From Octopus bimaculoides (lineage: Eukaryota): a stretch of 64,000 nucleotides of DNA. Position 1 is the first letter of the stretch; each line of letters begins with the position of its first letter. The stretch spans positions 6,837,154 through 6,901,153 of the forward strand of contig NC_068987.1 in NCBI RefSeq assembly GCF_001194135.2, given 5' to 3'. Shown here piece after piece: positions 1-12,800 of the stretch. Under the pieces are notes generated by a model that saw only the letters and a program-made list of their open reading frames with translations, was not told the DNA's origin and ran no database searches. The position numbers were made by a program, and so were the translations under genes.

Positions 1-59
<59 letters not shown>

Positions 60-1219
60 TATACACATATACACACACACATACACACACACATCTATAT
101 ATACACATATATATATATATACATACATATATGTGTGTGTGTGGAGAGAGAGAGGGAGAGAGAGATAGCTGAAAACATATAAACAAATATTGATTAATAG
201 ACGAAATGAATGAGAAATGATTATATATTTGAGAACAACTTATTTTCTACACTTGTGAAATAATGGGCAATTAATCACTATTGATTGAATTTCTTTCGTT
301 CTGAACCCACTACCTCGTATTCATATACTATTTAAATATTGTTCTATATAAATCAGCTTACAAATATTTTATCATTTTCAAGCAACTGTAAAAAGGTATT
401 CCAAATAGATGTTAGCATACGCAAGTGTTCTAAGAATAGTTCACCGGTTTAGTGTGATTATCATTGTGCTTTCTCCCTAGAAGTATGTTCAGAATACACA
501 AGTGCATTGCTTTCATTTCTTAGGATAGCAAATATAACAATTTCCATAACACTAAGCTAAATTCCTCACTTTGAATTTGACATACATTTCTTTTATTATT
601 AGATGCAACACAAGTAGAATATCCAGCATTACCCAGCTTCAAAATTAGCTATAAATAGACTGCAATTTTTATTAATGAAAGAAAATTCGGTTAATAGAAC
701 ATCACTGAATTCGTCTTTAAAACAATTTTGCATTTGCAAGTAGAATCGGAAATGATTTCCAATGCATATATATTAGTCGTGTATCTGAAGCACTGTCACA
801 GATAAGCCATAAAGATTACTAACATATTTTTATATTAATTATAGATTGACTTACATATCTAATTCAAGCATATTAAAATAAAAACAGTTATCTCTCAGTG
901 AACACAGAATTAAATAATTTAATTTCATTTGAAAAAGATATATTTTGCGTAATACATGATATTGTATCCTATCCTTGAACTTCCATAATACTTCGAACAC
1001 TGAGAAATGAGGACAAATTGGTGTCTCCGGTGAAAACCACCCATGAAAATATAGTTATGTTTATAAATCAAGGAAGCTGGATAATGCAGTAATAAATAAA
1101 TAGTATCAATGACTGAGATCAACCTAAATTTATATGACATAAGATTTGCACCCATCACATTCTAGGCAGTTCTGAAGATTGTCATGGAATATTATGTCAT
1201 GGAATATATTGTCATAGAA

Positions 1220-1900
1220 TGTATTCTGAATATTGTCAGGATATATGTTTTGCGTTTTACCAATATGAGCATATATATAATGAAATTATTGACACTTTCA
1301 GCCCTTCAACATATTACATATAACTGGCCAGTAGCAAAGTAGTATTTTTCAAAATTTAGGAGTAACTCTCAAAATTAACTTTGGTGGGTGGGTGGATCTT
1401 TTGATTGATAAGGTAAAACTCAGATATTCTTGAGACTGAAGTATAAGCGAAATTTTGGCTATAATGACATTCTATCATTTGGTGTACTCTGTACAAATAA
1501 TAGAGTCAATGACATGTGGTATAAACTGTTTAACCATTAGTCTTGTGCTATTTCTCAACACAGCAGATCTGAATTATGCATCAGCGTCATTGGAGATCCT
1601 TTATTCAGAAATGAAATATGTGTGTCGATATGTATTGAGATTCTAAATTTATGCACAGTAGTGAACGGGTGTGTATTGATTTGTAGTTATGTCTATTTCC
1701 TAGAAGTGCTTGCAACAGCTGCCATCTGTTACTTTTCAACCAAACACTTCTTTTGGCACAGTTACTAGTGAGTGTTAAAAGTGGTACAGGCTCTGCAACA
1801 TGCTACACAGGTCCTCAAAAGATCTCTGGATGCCATTCAGAGATCATCCCAGATAATTATTTGGCATTTCTTAAGATTGTCCAATTACCGAATGGTTTGC
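1220..1900 (-). mobile_element. Decayed Helitron RepHel, PIF1-like helicase C-terminal half
   Basis: Minus-strand translations with stops/frameshifts: KKCQIIIWDD (cf. motif II IIWDE), KEVFG*KV (cf. FGGK), LNKGSPMTLMHN and RNSTRLMVKQFIPHVIDSII (cf. LK.G.PIMLLRN..LCNGTRL.VK.L.PHVIEA), FATGQLYVIC*R (cf. FSHGQLYVACSRV), in the expected order. Confidence 0.7.
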
Positions 1901-2325
1901 GATATTGCAAATAATTGTGTCATTTTAGATTCAGTTGATAATTCTCAATACATGTCTGTATATGCTTCTATATGTTCACTGAGAGATAACTGTTTGTAGC
2001 TGGGAAATAAAATTTATGCTTCAGGCAGCATTATTTATTTTCTGAATCCGTTTGTTCTATAAAATTCTCGCTACATACTAAACAAGTTATTACAAGAATT
2101 AGTTTTCTTGGCGAAAAGTTAAGATTAATTGATTTGAAAGATTGTCTTTATTGAAAATGGAATTCTGAATCTTTGGATAATTTAAGACAAATTCCACAGT
2201 TGGGTAGCAAATAATTTTTTGAGTGATAGTTCTCATGTCGTTTAATAGTGTTCAGCATCTATTAACATACATACATGCATACATATATACATGCACTCAT
2301 ATGCACTCATGTGCGCCAATGCATG

Positions 2326-2380
<55 letters not shown>

Positions 2381-2502
2381 CTTGGAAATGGATGCGTGGC
2401 GTTCAACCAAATTATTATATAAATATATATATATATATATGCATATATGCATAAATATATGTTCACACACACACACACGCATATGTATATAGATATGCAT
2501 AT

Positions 2503-2598
2503 ATGGGTAGAAGACGTCACAAAGCGTAAACAACATGAAATACGAAACTAAAGTTGCGTACGTATTTCATGTTGTTTACGTTTTGTGACGTCCTGTAC

Positions 2599-2602
<4 letters not shown>
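2503..2602. repeat. Near-perfect hairpin with 42-bp arms, embedded in (TA)n
   Basis: 2503-2544 vs reverse complement of 2561-2602 match at 39/42 positions; 16-nt loop. Confidence 0.9.
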
Positions 2603-2636
<34 letters not shown>

Positions 2637-2771
2637 GATATATACATACATATATACACACAACTGCTGGACAAAAATTGTTAACAATGCTATATATCTG
2701 CATAGGAGTTAAATGTATTCTCTCTATTGTTCTACTATAAATTGGAATTCTTTTCCTTCTCTTATTATCAG

Positions 2772-3015
2772 GTAACAACAAAGGAATATCAAGTGAAAAG
2801 AAAACGAAACACAAATCACCACAAAGAAGTTCAATATCAGTGCAAAGTAAAGCAATACCAACATCAAACGAACCAAGCTAGATTAAAGTCGATCAAAACA
2901 AACCAGATATATTTGACAAAATTTCTGTATAAGGATACTTTACTGTTAGCGGCTTTGATGTCTTCCCTCAGTGGATATTACGGGATTTTCAGCGCTTATC
3001 CTTATATGGAAGCAG
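2772..3015 (+). CDS. Candidate internal exon, product unknown
   Basis: Polypyrimidine acceptor ttcttttccttctcttattatcAG (2770-71), open frame VTTKEYQ...AYPYMEA, donor CAG|GTTAGT (3016). No recognisable homology. Confidence 0.25.
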
Positions 3016-3659
3016 GTTAGTTATCGATATTTTTATATCTTTGTTTAGTTGAATTTACATTTTATCTGCGTCTTTTTCTACAAATTCATTTTGAACATCA
3101 ATATATACATAAACAAGGAATTGTGCGCAAATATTATGCTTATAGTCTTTCTATATGCAACTTTGTGTTTGTAACATTCAGACCATTCATTAAATGTACA
3201 ATTTATATACATTGAACTATAAAACAAGAAAATAATATTGTAAGCAATTTGACGAATATCTACCTCATCCACTTGAGACAGTTGTCCATTACATTTACGT
3301 AATATGCTTTGTTGCAGAAATGAAGACGGCTTTTTTGTTGTTATTGAAATCACATTGTTTTGCCTATTAACATACATTAACATTATTTTCTTCTAAAGAT
3401 AATTTTGCAATTATTAATGACACAATGATGCACAAATTCATAAGCAAATGCACACACGCGCGCACACTCACACACATATGTTTTATATAAACACATATAT
3501 ATTAAATATTGCACGTATATCAAATAATATTGCACATATATCAAATAATATTGCATAACAGTATAATACACACATATATATATATATATATATATTCTCT
3601 TTTGACTCGGATCGGTGCAACATCTGTCCTTTCTTCTTCAACACTATTCTACCCACAAT

Positions 3660-3990
3660 ATACAACCGTCACTCTTTCCATAAAACCGATTGAGTCCCTT
3701 TCACAACTACAAATCTCATTTACCATTCAAAATTCTGACTCCGAAATTTCCTATACATCGAACATTCTGGACGTCTCTTGAATGATGAATTCACTGAACT
3801 TCCGGGAAGTATCTAGACTCGCAATGACTCCTCTGTTGTACGCCTTTCTACTCTGTACATCTCTACATGTTCAGTGTAACTCTATACCGTTATTTCTCAG
3901 ACTCATGTATCCAATGCAAAGATACGTTCACGTTCAATCCTCAAATATTCATGTTATCATGCACACCTTCACAGCCAAACTCATATTCAT
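3660..3990 (+). mobile_element. Penelope-like element, GIY-YIG endonuclease remnant
   Basis: Frame from 3661 reads FTTTNLIY..KF*LRNFLYIEHSGRLLNDEFTELPGSI*TRNDSSVVR, matching the PLE pattern FTC.S.NLIY.I.C..C..LYIG.TGR.L.DRF.EH; a second KDTFT/QSSNI-like segment lies near 3920. Flanked by (TA)n on both sides. Confidence 0.55.
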
Positions 3991-4045
3991 CGATGTACAT
4001 ATATAACCATACTCACACCACAAACGCACTACAGATTTGTACGCA

Positions 4046-4090
<45 letters not shown>

Positions 4091-5696
4091 GTGTGTGTGT
4101 GTCTCTCTTTTACTCTTTCTCTTTTACTGTGTATGTATTTGCAAAGAAAAATATGATTTAATTCATACCACGATCAAATGGTTTTTAATAAGTGTATTGA
4201 AACAATATAACAAATAGTATAACTTGTCTAGTATTACTTTCAATCTTGTGACAAGCAAGACTTAGCTGTGCGCTAAGTCATAGACTTGTATCAAAGAACA
4301 CAGCTTAATACAACTAACTGGCTCTTGGTGGCTTAATGAAAGTCAAACTCTGTGAGATGTCTATTCTCTGGGAAGCCCACTCTGTTGCAACCTTTCCGGT
4401 CAGGCTGGCTATCATTACATACATAATACATCTGTGGGGGATTGAGTTATGTGTGTGTATGTATGTATATATATATATGTGTGTATTTATATATATACAC
4501 ACAGACACACAAACACACACACGCACACACACATACCCCCCCCNNNNNNNNNNNNNNNNNNNNNNNNNNNNNNNNNNNNNNNNNNNNNNNNNNNNNNNNN
4601 NNNNNNNNNNNNNNNNNNNNNNNNNNNNNNNNNNNNNNNNNNNNNNNNNNNNNNNNNNNNNNNNNNNNNNNNNNNNNNNNNNNNNNNNNNNNNNNNNNNN
4701 NNNNNNNNNNNNNNNNNNNNNNNNNNTATATATATATATATATATGTAGATGTGTGTATCTGAACGTTTATGTCTGTATTCAATATTTTTCTTTTACAGT
4801 ATTCGAAGAAAATTGATACTTATAAAATATTTATAGCTTGTATTAAAACAGACATTTTTAGAAATTTCAATGGATTCTTATTTTGTTTTATTATATAATT
4901 AGACAATGCAACATTGAATAATTGTATGGAAGAAACTTCTGTGTCTCACCTATATTGTTAGATACATTTATATAACAACTAATACAATTTACATTAGTAT
5001 TTCGGCGTGAAAGATAGTTTTCAACCACTACCAATGTAGTTAAGAGAGAATTTGTTCTGATTTCCTGACAACGAAAACTTATTTATTACCTTAATTTGTA
5101 TACGCTTTATTTTCACGTAGGTGAACATTATAGAAGAATGTCTATGGGAAAAATGTCTTTTTACTTCTAGTGAGACACTAATAAAGTATTTTTAACAGGT
5201 TATAAGAGATAAGAAAAATATATATCTTATTGAATGTCATTATATTTTTATCTTTTGGGTTTATCACTTTTTTATTTTCTGATTTAATATGTCATTGTTC
5301 GGTTTATGGGGAATATAACAACAATAAAATTTAGTAAATGCATGTCTTTCATCCATTCGGAGTCTATAAAATGAAGTACCAGTCTAGTACTGAGTCAACA
5401 TAAGCGACGATTCGCCGCTCCTTAAATTGCTAGCCTTATACCAACATTTGAAAGAATTATTATTATTATTATTATTAGGTGGGTGTGGGCGAAAGAGATT
5501 GCTTGGTGGACAAGGCTGAAAGGCATGAGGACAGATACATTCCTTTTGATAAGGCTTTCCTTCAAGTTTCACTTGAAAATGATATTGAGAGTGCATAGGG
5601 AAGTGCTGTCCTCACGGTTTATCCAGCCACTGCGTGGATCTTAGCGTAGAATTTCAAAACTTTTCTTGTGTTCCTGTTATGTTAGTGAGATTTAAA

Positions 5697-5981
5697 GGCG
5701 CATGGCTAAGTGGTTAGAGTATTCTGTTCACAAACGTAATATCATGAGCTCGATTCTTGGTGGTGCGTTGTGTCCTTGAGCAAGACACATCGTTTCTCGT
5801 TGCTCCAGCCCCCTCAGCTGCTATAATTGAATAGTACCTATTCAAAATATTCACACTGAATCGCCCTGAGAACTACATTAAGGGTACGCACGACTGGGTA
5901 GTGTTCATCTACCTGTACGTTAAACTGTTCCGTTGATCAGACCAACTGGGAGAATCGTCGACATAACCGACCGAGTGACAG
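5697..5981 (+). mobile_element. tRNA-derived SINE, family C (single copy in window)
   Basis: A-box TGGCTAAGTGG, degenerate B-box GAGCTCGATTC, then GTGTCCTTGAGCAAGACAC...GCTCCAG, resembling the conserved central domains of Meta/CORE-type SINEs. Confidence 0.7.
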
Positions 5982-6176
5982 TTTATTAGTCAGGTAGAGA
6001 ATATCAGCATAGAACATGCACATTGGTATCTATTGCATCCTGCTGATGCTAAAGCATCTATGTGCAGCAACCAAAACGTGAAGGACGTAACAATGGGCGT
6101 TATAAGTTTCATAGAGGGGTCTGCCATGATAGAATCTTCACTGCCTCAACTTATGCATGTGGGTGTATACATATGT

Positions 6177-6223
<47 letters not shown>

Positions 6224-6618
6224 AACAAAACAATCTAATGGTAACTTTTATTTGCATTCTGTACGATTTTAACTTGAACCAGACATAATCAATAAGTGGC
6301 TGTTGTCTATTTAAAAGGTTTGATAATACTCTTTATTCATGATTATAATATATTAAAACAAGAAATACGCTCTTTTTGCTAAATTAGAGACTGTAGACAT
6401 TAAATTAGTAGGTATTGATGGTATATTAACCTAAAATGGACATTGAATTTTGATAAAATAAATGGAAATCTTGCATTTAAGTACGACATATAGCAGAAGA
6501 TGTTATAAAATCGGTGATAGTGTTATCAAATTGTTACACATAAATGTGGCAAGAAAATACTATTTAATGCAACCAAATTTTTAAATGGTTGGTCGATAAT
6601 TAATATTGGTTTCAAATA

Positions 6619-6748
6619 GGGCGGCGAGCTGGAAGAATCGTTAGTACGCCGGGAAAAATGTTCAACGCATCATTTCATCCGTTCCTAAATTCCTCCGTGG
6701 TCCACTTTACTTTTCATCCTCCGGAATTTCTGGCTTTGTGCCAAAATT
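6619..6748 (+). mobile_element. SINE family B, internally deleted copy
   Basis: Head GGCGGCGAGCTGGAAGAATCGTTAGTACGCCGG and tail TGTGCCAAAATT shared with other B copies. Confidence 0.75.
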
Positions 6749-7492
6749 AGTAGGGCCTTACTACTACATTATTGATAATGTGTCAGGAGGGTCTAAGTAG
6801 AAGTGATATTTAATTAGCTAGTAAAATAAGTCATTATATTAACAATAAAGAAATCAGAGAGAGAGAGAGAGAGAGAAAGAGTGAAAGAGAGAGAAAGTTA
6901 CAGAGAAATAGAAAGGAAGAAAGAAAAATAAACAGTATGAAATGCGTAACGGTTTGCGCTTCAGATGCAGTGGAGCGTTGCTGAGGCTTTGCCTTTGTCA
7001 ATCATTAAGGTAACCTGACTTTGGTGTGAGTATGACATTAAACTGCATTCAGTGGCAAGGCTCCTTCGAGCGTTTGTAGTGTATGGAGTCACCTCTTCAT
7101 CACCTTTACTCATAATTCCTCTTTGTCCGGTAGTAGTAGTAGTAGTAGTAGTAGTCCATACCAGGAGCCACATTTATTGGTTAAATATCAGATGGTTCCG
7201 GGACTAAGGCATTCATTAATCGGAGAAGAGCTGGCCTCTAGTCATATGTCACACACGACTACTAATGTGTTGACACGCCCTGATGTCACATGAACCAGGT
7301 TCCATGCGTAAGGGTTAAATAGCCCAGTGTCTCAAAGCTGAGCTCGTGGGGACAGTAGAGTAGCATCGTAAACTGTAAGTAAAGCTGTAAACATCAAAGG
7401 AGAGCTACTGCTGATATGGATACTGACAATAATATCTGTGTGCGGAGGGGAATGTGATATGGATGTTGATATGGGTGCTGGCAATGAAATTA

Positions 7493-7496
<4 letters not shown>

Positions 7497-7581
<85 letters not shown>
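7497..7581. repeat. (AG)n microsatellite
   Basis: Direct read. Confidence 0.95.
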
Positions 7582-7586
<5 letters not shown>

Positions 7587-7652
7587 AACGCTGTTTCCTT
7601 GAAAAGATTATTAATTGTAGCTTTATACCGTTGAAAAAAACAAAATCCTCAC

Positions 7653-7721
7653 GTCCTCAATCAAGGACGCTCTCAAGGTCTTTGTTCTTGGGAGTAGTTC
7701 AGGTCTGTCGTAAGGTTCCAT
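7653..7721 (-). CDS. Candidate coding exon MEPYDRPELLPRTKTLRASLIED
   Basis: aaaATGG start context at 7721, 23 open codons, donor GAC|GTGAGG at 7652. Confidence 0.2.
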
Positions 7722-8972
7722 TTTGATGGCACATTTGTCCGGAAGGTTACAACGAAATGAGAGATAGCACAATTTATATTGAAAGAAAGAGTTGTAAGAG
7801 TGACGATAAACAACTCGTTAATATGGAGAAGGAGGAGTATGAAAGACAAATGAATTTCTTATCTCCTCATAATTTAGAGACAAACTTGTCAACACACTTT
7901 GAAATATAGCATTCAAACAGGAAATTTCAAATACAAGATAGAAGAAACGAATGAAGCCCATCGGCGAACTAGAAGATTCTCATGCTAGACACAGTCGAAA
8001 TCATTGATGATATCAAGTGCATTGTCATTTATTTCGTAGAATTTCCCAGAGGCAAGTGTGCGAATATATAACGACTATTCTTTATCTTAATTCTGTTTAA
8101 CTATTTGCTTTCTACTAATATTTGCAGGCAAATAGTAACGTTTGGTTGTTGTTGTTCCTGTATATGTATAAATAATTATTTATATTATAAATCTTTCTCA
8201 TTCTTAGACATCGCTGCTTTACCTGCCGTTTCTGTCACTTTCATTTTTTCATCTTTTGTTGTTCAATCTCATTTAAACAAGTTTTACTATAATTATGATT
8301 GTATTTCGCCTCTACACAAAACATTCGCTTTCATCTCTTCTAGCACATGAACCTAACCAGGTTTTTGAATATTTTGCCAAATCTAATAATTTTTTGTAAC
8401 TTGGACACAAGCATTTTCTTTACATTTGAATTGGTCAATTCCTTTGACTCAACAATTTCCTTTGATAATCAGTTCTAGTTTAAGAAGGCTTTCTGCCTCG
8501 TTTCAATACTAACTAGAATAATTTTCATCAATAACATATTATTGATATCTGAATTCCCAATTATTGTCCTTTTGTTAAGTTTATTTTTCTTGATATTGTA
8601 TTATGGGCATATGTTATTTTTCCCCATCTCCAACCGAAAAGCTTCGAAAGTAAATCATAAAGCCGTGTGTGCATGCACACGTGTGCAAACGTGTGAATTT
8701 ATGTTTGTGAGCATGCGAGTATGCATACACAGATATGCATGTTCTTGTGTAAATATAAACACAAATGTGTTGTACAAATACTTGCATACATTTCATTGAT
8801 CTGCAATGTTCAATCTAGCAATATATTTTGTGTACACTAAGAGTTAAAGTAACAATAATTTCACTCGAAATATAATCTTTAGCATGCAACACAAGTAATA
8901 TTAACTGTAATAAAGAAAAGGCGAAACGAAGTATGAAAACATTAACAATATTATCATGAATGAAAAAAATAC

Positions 8973-9058
8973 CTTTACAATAGAAGATGAATTTAATAAT
9001 GCTGTTGTTGGTGATAAATTAATGAAAGCTTCGTCAGTTGCAGCACGAACTGCCTCCC
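8973..9058 (-). CDS. Candidate internal exon (x)EAVRAATDEAFINLSPTTALLNSSSIVK
   Basis: Long pyrimidine tract tttcttgtttctttatttttcttttctttgaAG, 86 nt, phase 1 to 0, donor AAG|GTATTT. Confidence 0.45.
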
Positions 9059-10269
9059 CTTCAAAGAAAAGAAAAATAAAGAAACAAGAAATCATCACTA
9101 TAGTAAATCTTGTAGAAAATACTTTCAAAATCAAACGCATGATAGCGATTTTACCATAAACAAAATAAAGATTAATAACAAGTAAAATAATATTGATGGT
9201 AGATTCAACGACTTCCACAAAATACCGATGACTTTCAAAACACCAATTACAAATATGAAATATTATAAAATTTTATAAGAAACGAATAAAAAGAAATGTT
9301 GGTCCTTGAACATCATGCTCCTATGTAGCGGATGCCAACTACCATTGATGGAATAGCGTTAGGTCTGTGTTTCGTTCAGTGTATTTCATTTTTAAAAAGG
9401 GAATAAAATAAAATAAGGCAAAATGCAATAATAAACTTATTTGTTTGAACGAAGGCAGAATTTAAATTATAAGCATACATAACAACGAAAATATTCGTTT
9501 ATATAAAGAAACTCTGATACACTGGTACGTGTTCAAATGAAAATACGATCTTACAAACGCATGTGCTTATGCGCGAGCGTGTGTAAATAATTTTTCCTAG
9601 GGAAGTGAGAGCAAAATATAAAAACCAATAGAATTTGTTATTGTGACGTCTGAAGAATATGAATTTGAATATGGGAAGATTGAAAAATGAATAAAATCAT
9701 TATATTTAAAGAAGTTTTCTTCACTAATTTTATTTCTATGCATGCTTTACTTGTTTCATTGCATGATTTGCGCAAATCAGAGCCGTAATGTGTACTTCAA
9801 TTTCGTGCAATATGTACTTTGTTTAGTAGGAGGAGGTGCTTTCTTCATATTGGAATTACGTAACACGCAAGCAAATTCTAGTAGTGCTACTAGTACTATT
9901 TTCTGTATATATGTCAGTCTTTTGGATTTTGGTCATACATGTGTTAGCAACTTTTTCTCATCATTCGTAAGGTACCTATTATCACATGAATTGATTCTCT
10001 TTTCATTTCCCGCGCCCTGGTTTCGAGAAATTTACATTTGTACAATATTAACATTTCCATTAAGATAAATTATAATCTCTTGAATCGTCGGAGAATTGGC
10101 AATACGATAGTTGGTATGGCAAATTTAGGATCTATGGTGATATCCCATAGAGGTTAACTTTGCGTTTTGCCCTTCTTAACACAATAAAATAAAGTACCAG
10201 TCCAGCAGAATAGACTTGCGCAATTGTTAGAACATTTTACAAAATGCCCGGATGTGTTTGTTCTGGCTG

Positions 10270-10455
10270 TTGGGAGTTAGGCTGTGAGGACACTAATGCC
10301 AGATCCTATAAACCTCGCCTGTCAATATTTCGCTTCCATATAGACCCAAACCGTATTGTTTGATAATGTCATCTTACCATCGTCTTGGAAGTTTTCCGAC
10401 CAGTCTCTTTCCATTCTTTGGATACCACTTGACAGCTTCACGGTTCCATCAGCTC
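10270..10455 (-). mobile_element. RTE-clade LINE, 3' end remnant
   Basis: Translation RWNREAVKWYPKNGKRLVGKLPRRW*DDI matches the RTE C-terminal pattern RW...V..W.P...KR..GRP..RW.DDI. Confidence 0.6.
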
Positions 10456-10570
10456 CGTGAGCTTTGAGACTTTCAGAATTCGTGGTAAATACAATCTTTC
10501 ATTCTTAGTATAATTACTATATTAATTCAGCATCCAATTGGTAATATCACACACGAACATACATACACGG

Positions 10571-10612
<42 letters not shown>

Positions 10613-10859
10613 TTCTATGTCTTACATATTACTGGGATGGCTCGAATATTGATTTCTGCTACCTCATCTCCTTTTGTCGTTTCAAAGCACCGTTTCAAGT
10701 ATTAATGTGATGCATATATATTTATTTCCACACTTTTCTTTCATCTACATATATATTGCACTCCGACTTGCTCATTGATTCCTAAGTATTCTTAAGTTTC
10801 TGTTTCGTTTAATTCTTTTGTCTCAGTTACTTAACTAGCATGCTATTAGTGTTCGTAAT

Positions 10860-11060
10860 TGATTTCCATTCCTTCAACGATGTATCGGCGCATTTTCCTT
10901 ATCCGAACCGCATGACAAGTCCTCTAATTACATCCTAATACAGTCTGTAGCATTATTTCTGCTTGTTTATCATCTGAAGTGAATAAACTGAAGTCGTCTG
11001 TACACAAAGGATGATTGATTTTTCTTTCATAAAATTTCTATTCGAGTCCATTCTGGTTAA
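10860..11060 (-). mobile_element. R4/Dong-type reverse transcriptase remnant
   Basis: KINHPLCTDDFSLFTSDDKQAEIMLQTV, then MRFG*GKCA (cf. KINHLLYMDDLKLFA...M.FGL.KCA). Confidence 0.6.
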
Positions 11061-11522
11061 AGAAATTATATACATCTAGTATTGATGCATAAATATAAAA
11101 AAAATTGAAACGCACAATAATCGACATTGTTATGAACCTATGCACCGATACACATAAAAGATAATGACAAACTAAATTAAGTGTCAAAATTTACTTCTCA
11201 AGTCTCGTTAATTAAATTGGAAAGCTTTATATGGATATGAGAGGAATTCTATATGCATATTTTACTGCTACGCTCTGTCCAAAAACCAAACTACAACAAT
11301 GTGCTTTTATTAAATTAGGAGAGAAAATAACCCAGAAAACCCACAAAATAACCCTCAGTGCTGTGCTCCAACGGATCAGCTTCCTTATATACATTTTTAA
11401 AACCACAAAATAGCGGAAATCAAGAGTGACGACGAAAAGAAATAAACATAAACAAAAAAATAAAAGTATTGAGAATGTAAAAGATTAAAATAAATTTAAC
11501 GTGCGCAAAACAAAGTAAAAAA

Positions 11523-11935
11523 GACAGGAGTGGCTGTGTGGTAAGTAGCTAGCTTACCAACCACATGGTCCCGGGTTCAGTCCCACTGCGCGGCATCTTG
11601 GGCAAGTGTCTTCTACTATAGCCTCGGGCCGACCAAAGCCTTGTGAGTGGATTTGGTAGACGGAAACTGAAAGAAGCCCGTCGTATATATGTATATATAT
11701 ATATGTATGTGTGTGTGTATGTTTGTATGTGTGTGTTTGTCCCACCAACATCGCTTGACAACCGATGCTAGTGTGTTTACGTCCCCGTAACATAGCGGTT
11801 CGGCAAAAGAGATTGATAGAATAAGTACTAGGCTTCTAAAGAATAAGTCCTGGGGTCGATTTGCTCGACTAAAAGGCGGTGCTCCAGCATGGCCACAGTC
11901 AAAAGACTGAAACAAGTAAAAGAGTAAAAGAGTAA
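11523..11935 (+). mobile_element. tRNA-derived SINE, family A, full length
   Basis: A-box TGGCTGTGTGG, B-box GGTTCAGTCC, CTTGGGCAAGT core-like motif, internal (TA/TG)n, tail GGCGGTGCTCCAGCATGGCC..GACTGAAACAAG(TAAAAGAG)2. Confidence 0.9.
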
Positions 11936-12399
11936 GACAATATGATCCGGCGTTACAATATCAACAGAATATTACCCAACAATAACCAATCAGAATAGCA
12001 CAAATAAAAATATAGGTAACAACATATGAGAAAAATTGAAGGATATGAAATTGTGAAAGTAGAATTTTCAATATTCTCCATCCAGCGAAATTTAAATACT
12101 ATTTAACGAATGTAAGTTTATAGGTGAGCCACTTCATGTTTGATGCTCCGGTAACGCAGTAATTTAACAGGCTTTTATAGCGTAACGTGCACAATTCAGC
12201 AATCGTTTAGTCTCGAATGAAATGTCGATGAACAGAAAATACTAAGTAAAGTTTTAAGGGACAGAGCGATAATTTCGGTATTGGAATAATCCCATAACTC
12301 CTTAGCATTCAGGTTATTCTGTCAGTTGTAATGCTTGTGAACAATATTTTTAATGTTGATTGCGCACAACTATCACCGCTATACCTCTTTGGAGAAGTC

Positions 12400-12800
12400 G
12401 ATTGGGAGAAAGTCTAAAGTGCGTTAAAATGTTTGTCTAACCCAGAGAGGTGGGAGGCATCGTTCAGCTCAACAATAGAAACTTTTCAATATGCATACAT
12501 TTTGCAATCCTTTGTGATCTGAAGTGTAGAAGATCACTCTATTTCTTTAATATAGTACTGATGTGCGTTCTTTCAGCTACACAGAGCCTACCTTTTTAAC
12601 CTGCTAATGCATGGCCTAGATCTAGTTACGGTGCTCTAATTAATGACGTGTGGTATACTGCTGTATTTCAGGTTCTATATATGCTTGCTAGCATTGTGTT
12701 TTTCTTCTATGTGCCTGAAAGAATACTGGTGGCTGTCATATCTGTGTTTGAAATCAGTTTTCTACAGTTGAACATATCTTTTTATTTCCGTTTTCCCATT
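12400..12800 (+). mobile_element. Possible L1/Tx1-like ORF2 C-terminal remnant
   Basis: PREVGGI (cf. PK..GGLG) near 12440 and CHICV*NQFSTVEHIFLF (CCHC-knuckle-like) near 12730; heavily decayed. Confidence 0.25.

Noticed and set aside
1165-1881. 17/19 direct repeat at 1165-83 and 1863-81
   Set aside because: Short and AT-rich; cannot be separated from chance or internal Helitron duplication.
5478-5640. Sequence abutting (ATT)n, possibly another R4/Dong 3' end
   Set aside because: No convincing RLE motif or similarity to the 33.2-kb UTR.
11549-11915. Recurring ORFs such as LPNPLTRLWSARGYSRRHLPK (also at 18.6, 28.4 and 30.8 kb)
   Set aside because: Antisense translations of SINE family A; not a gene family.
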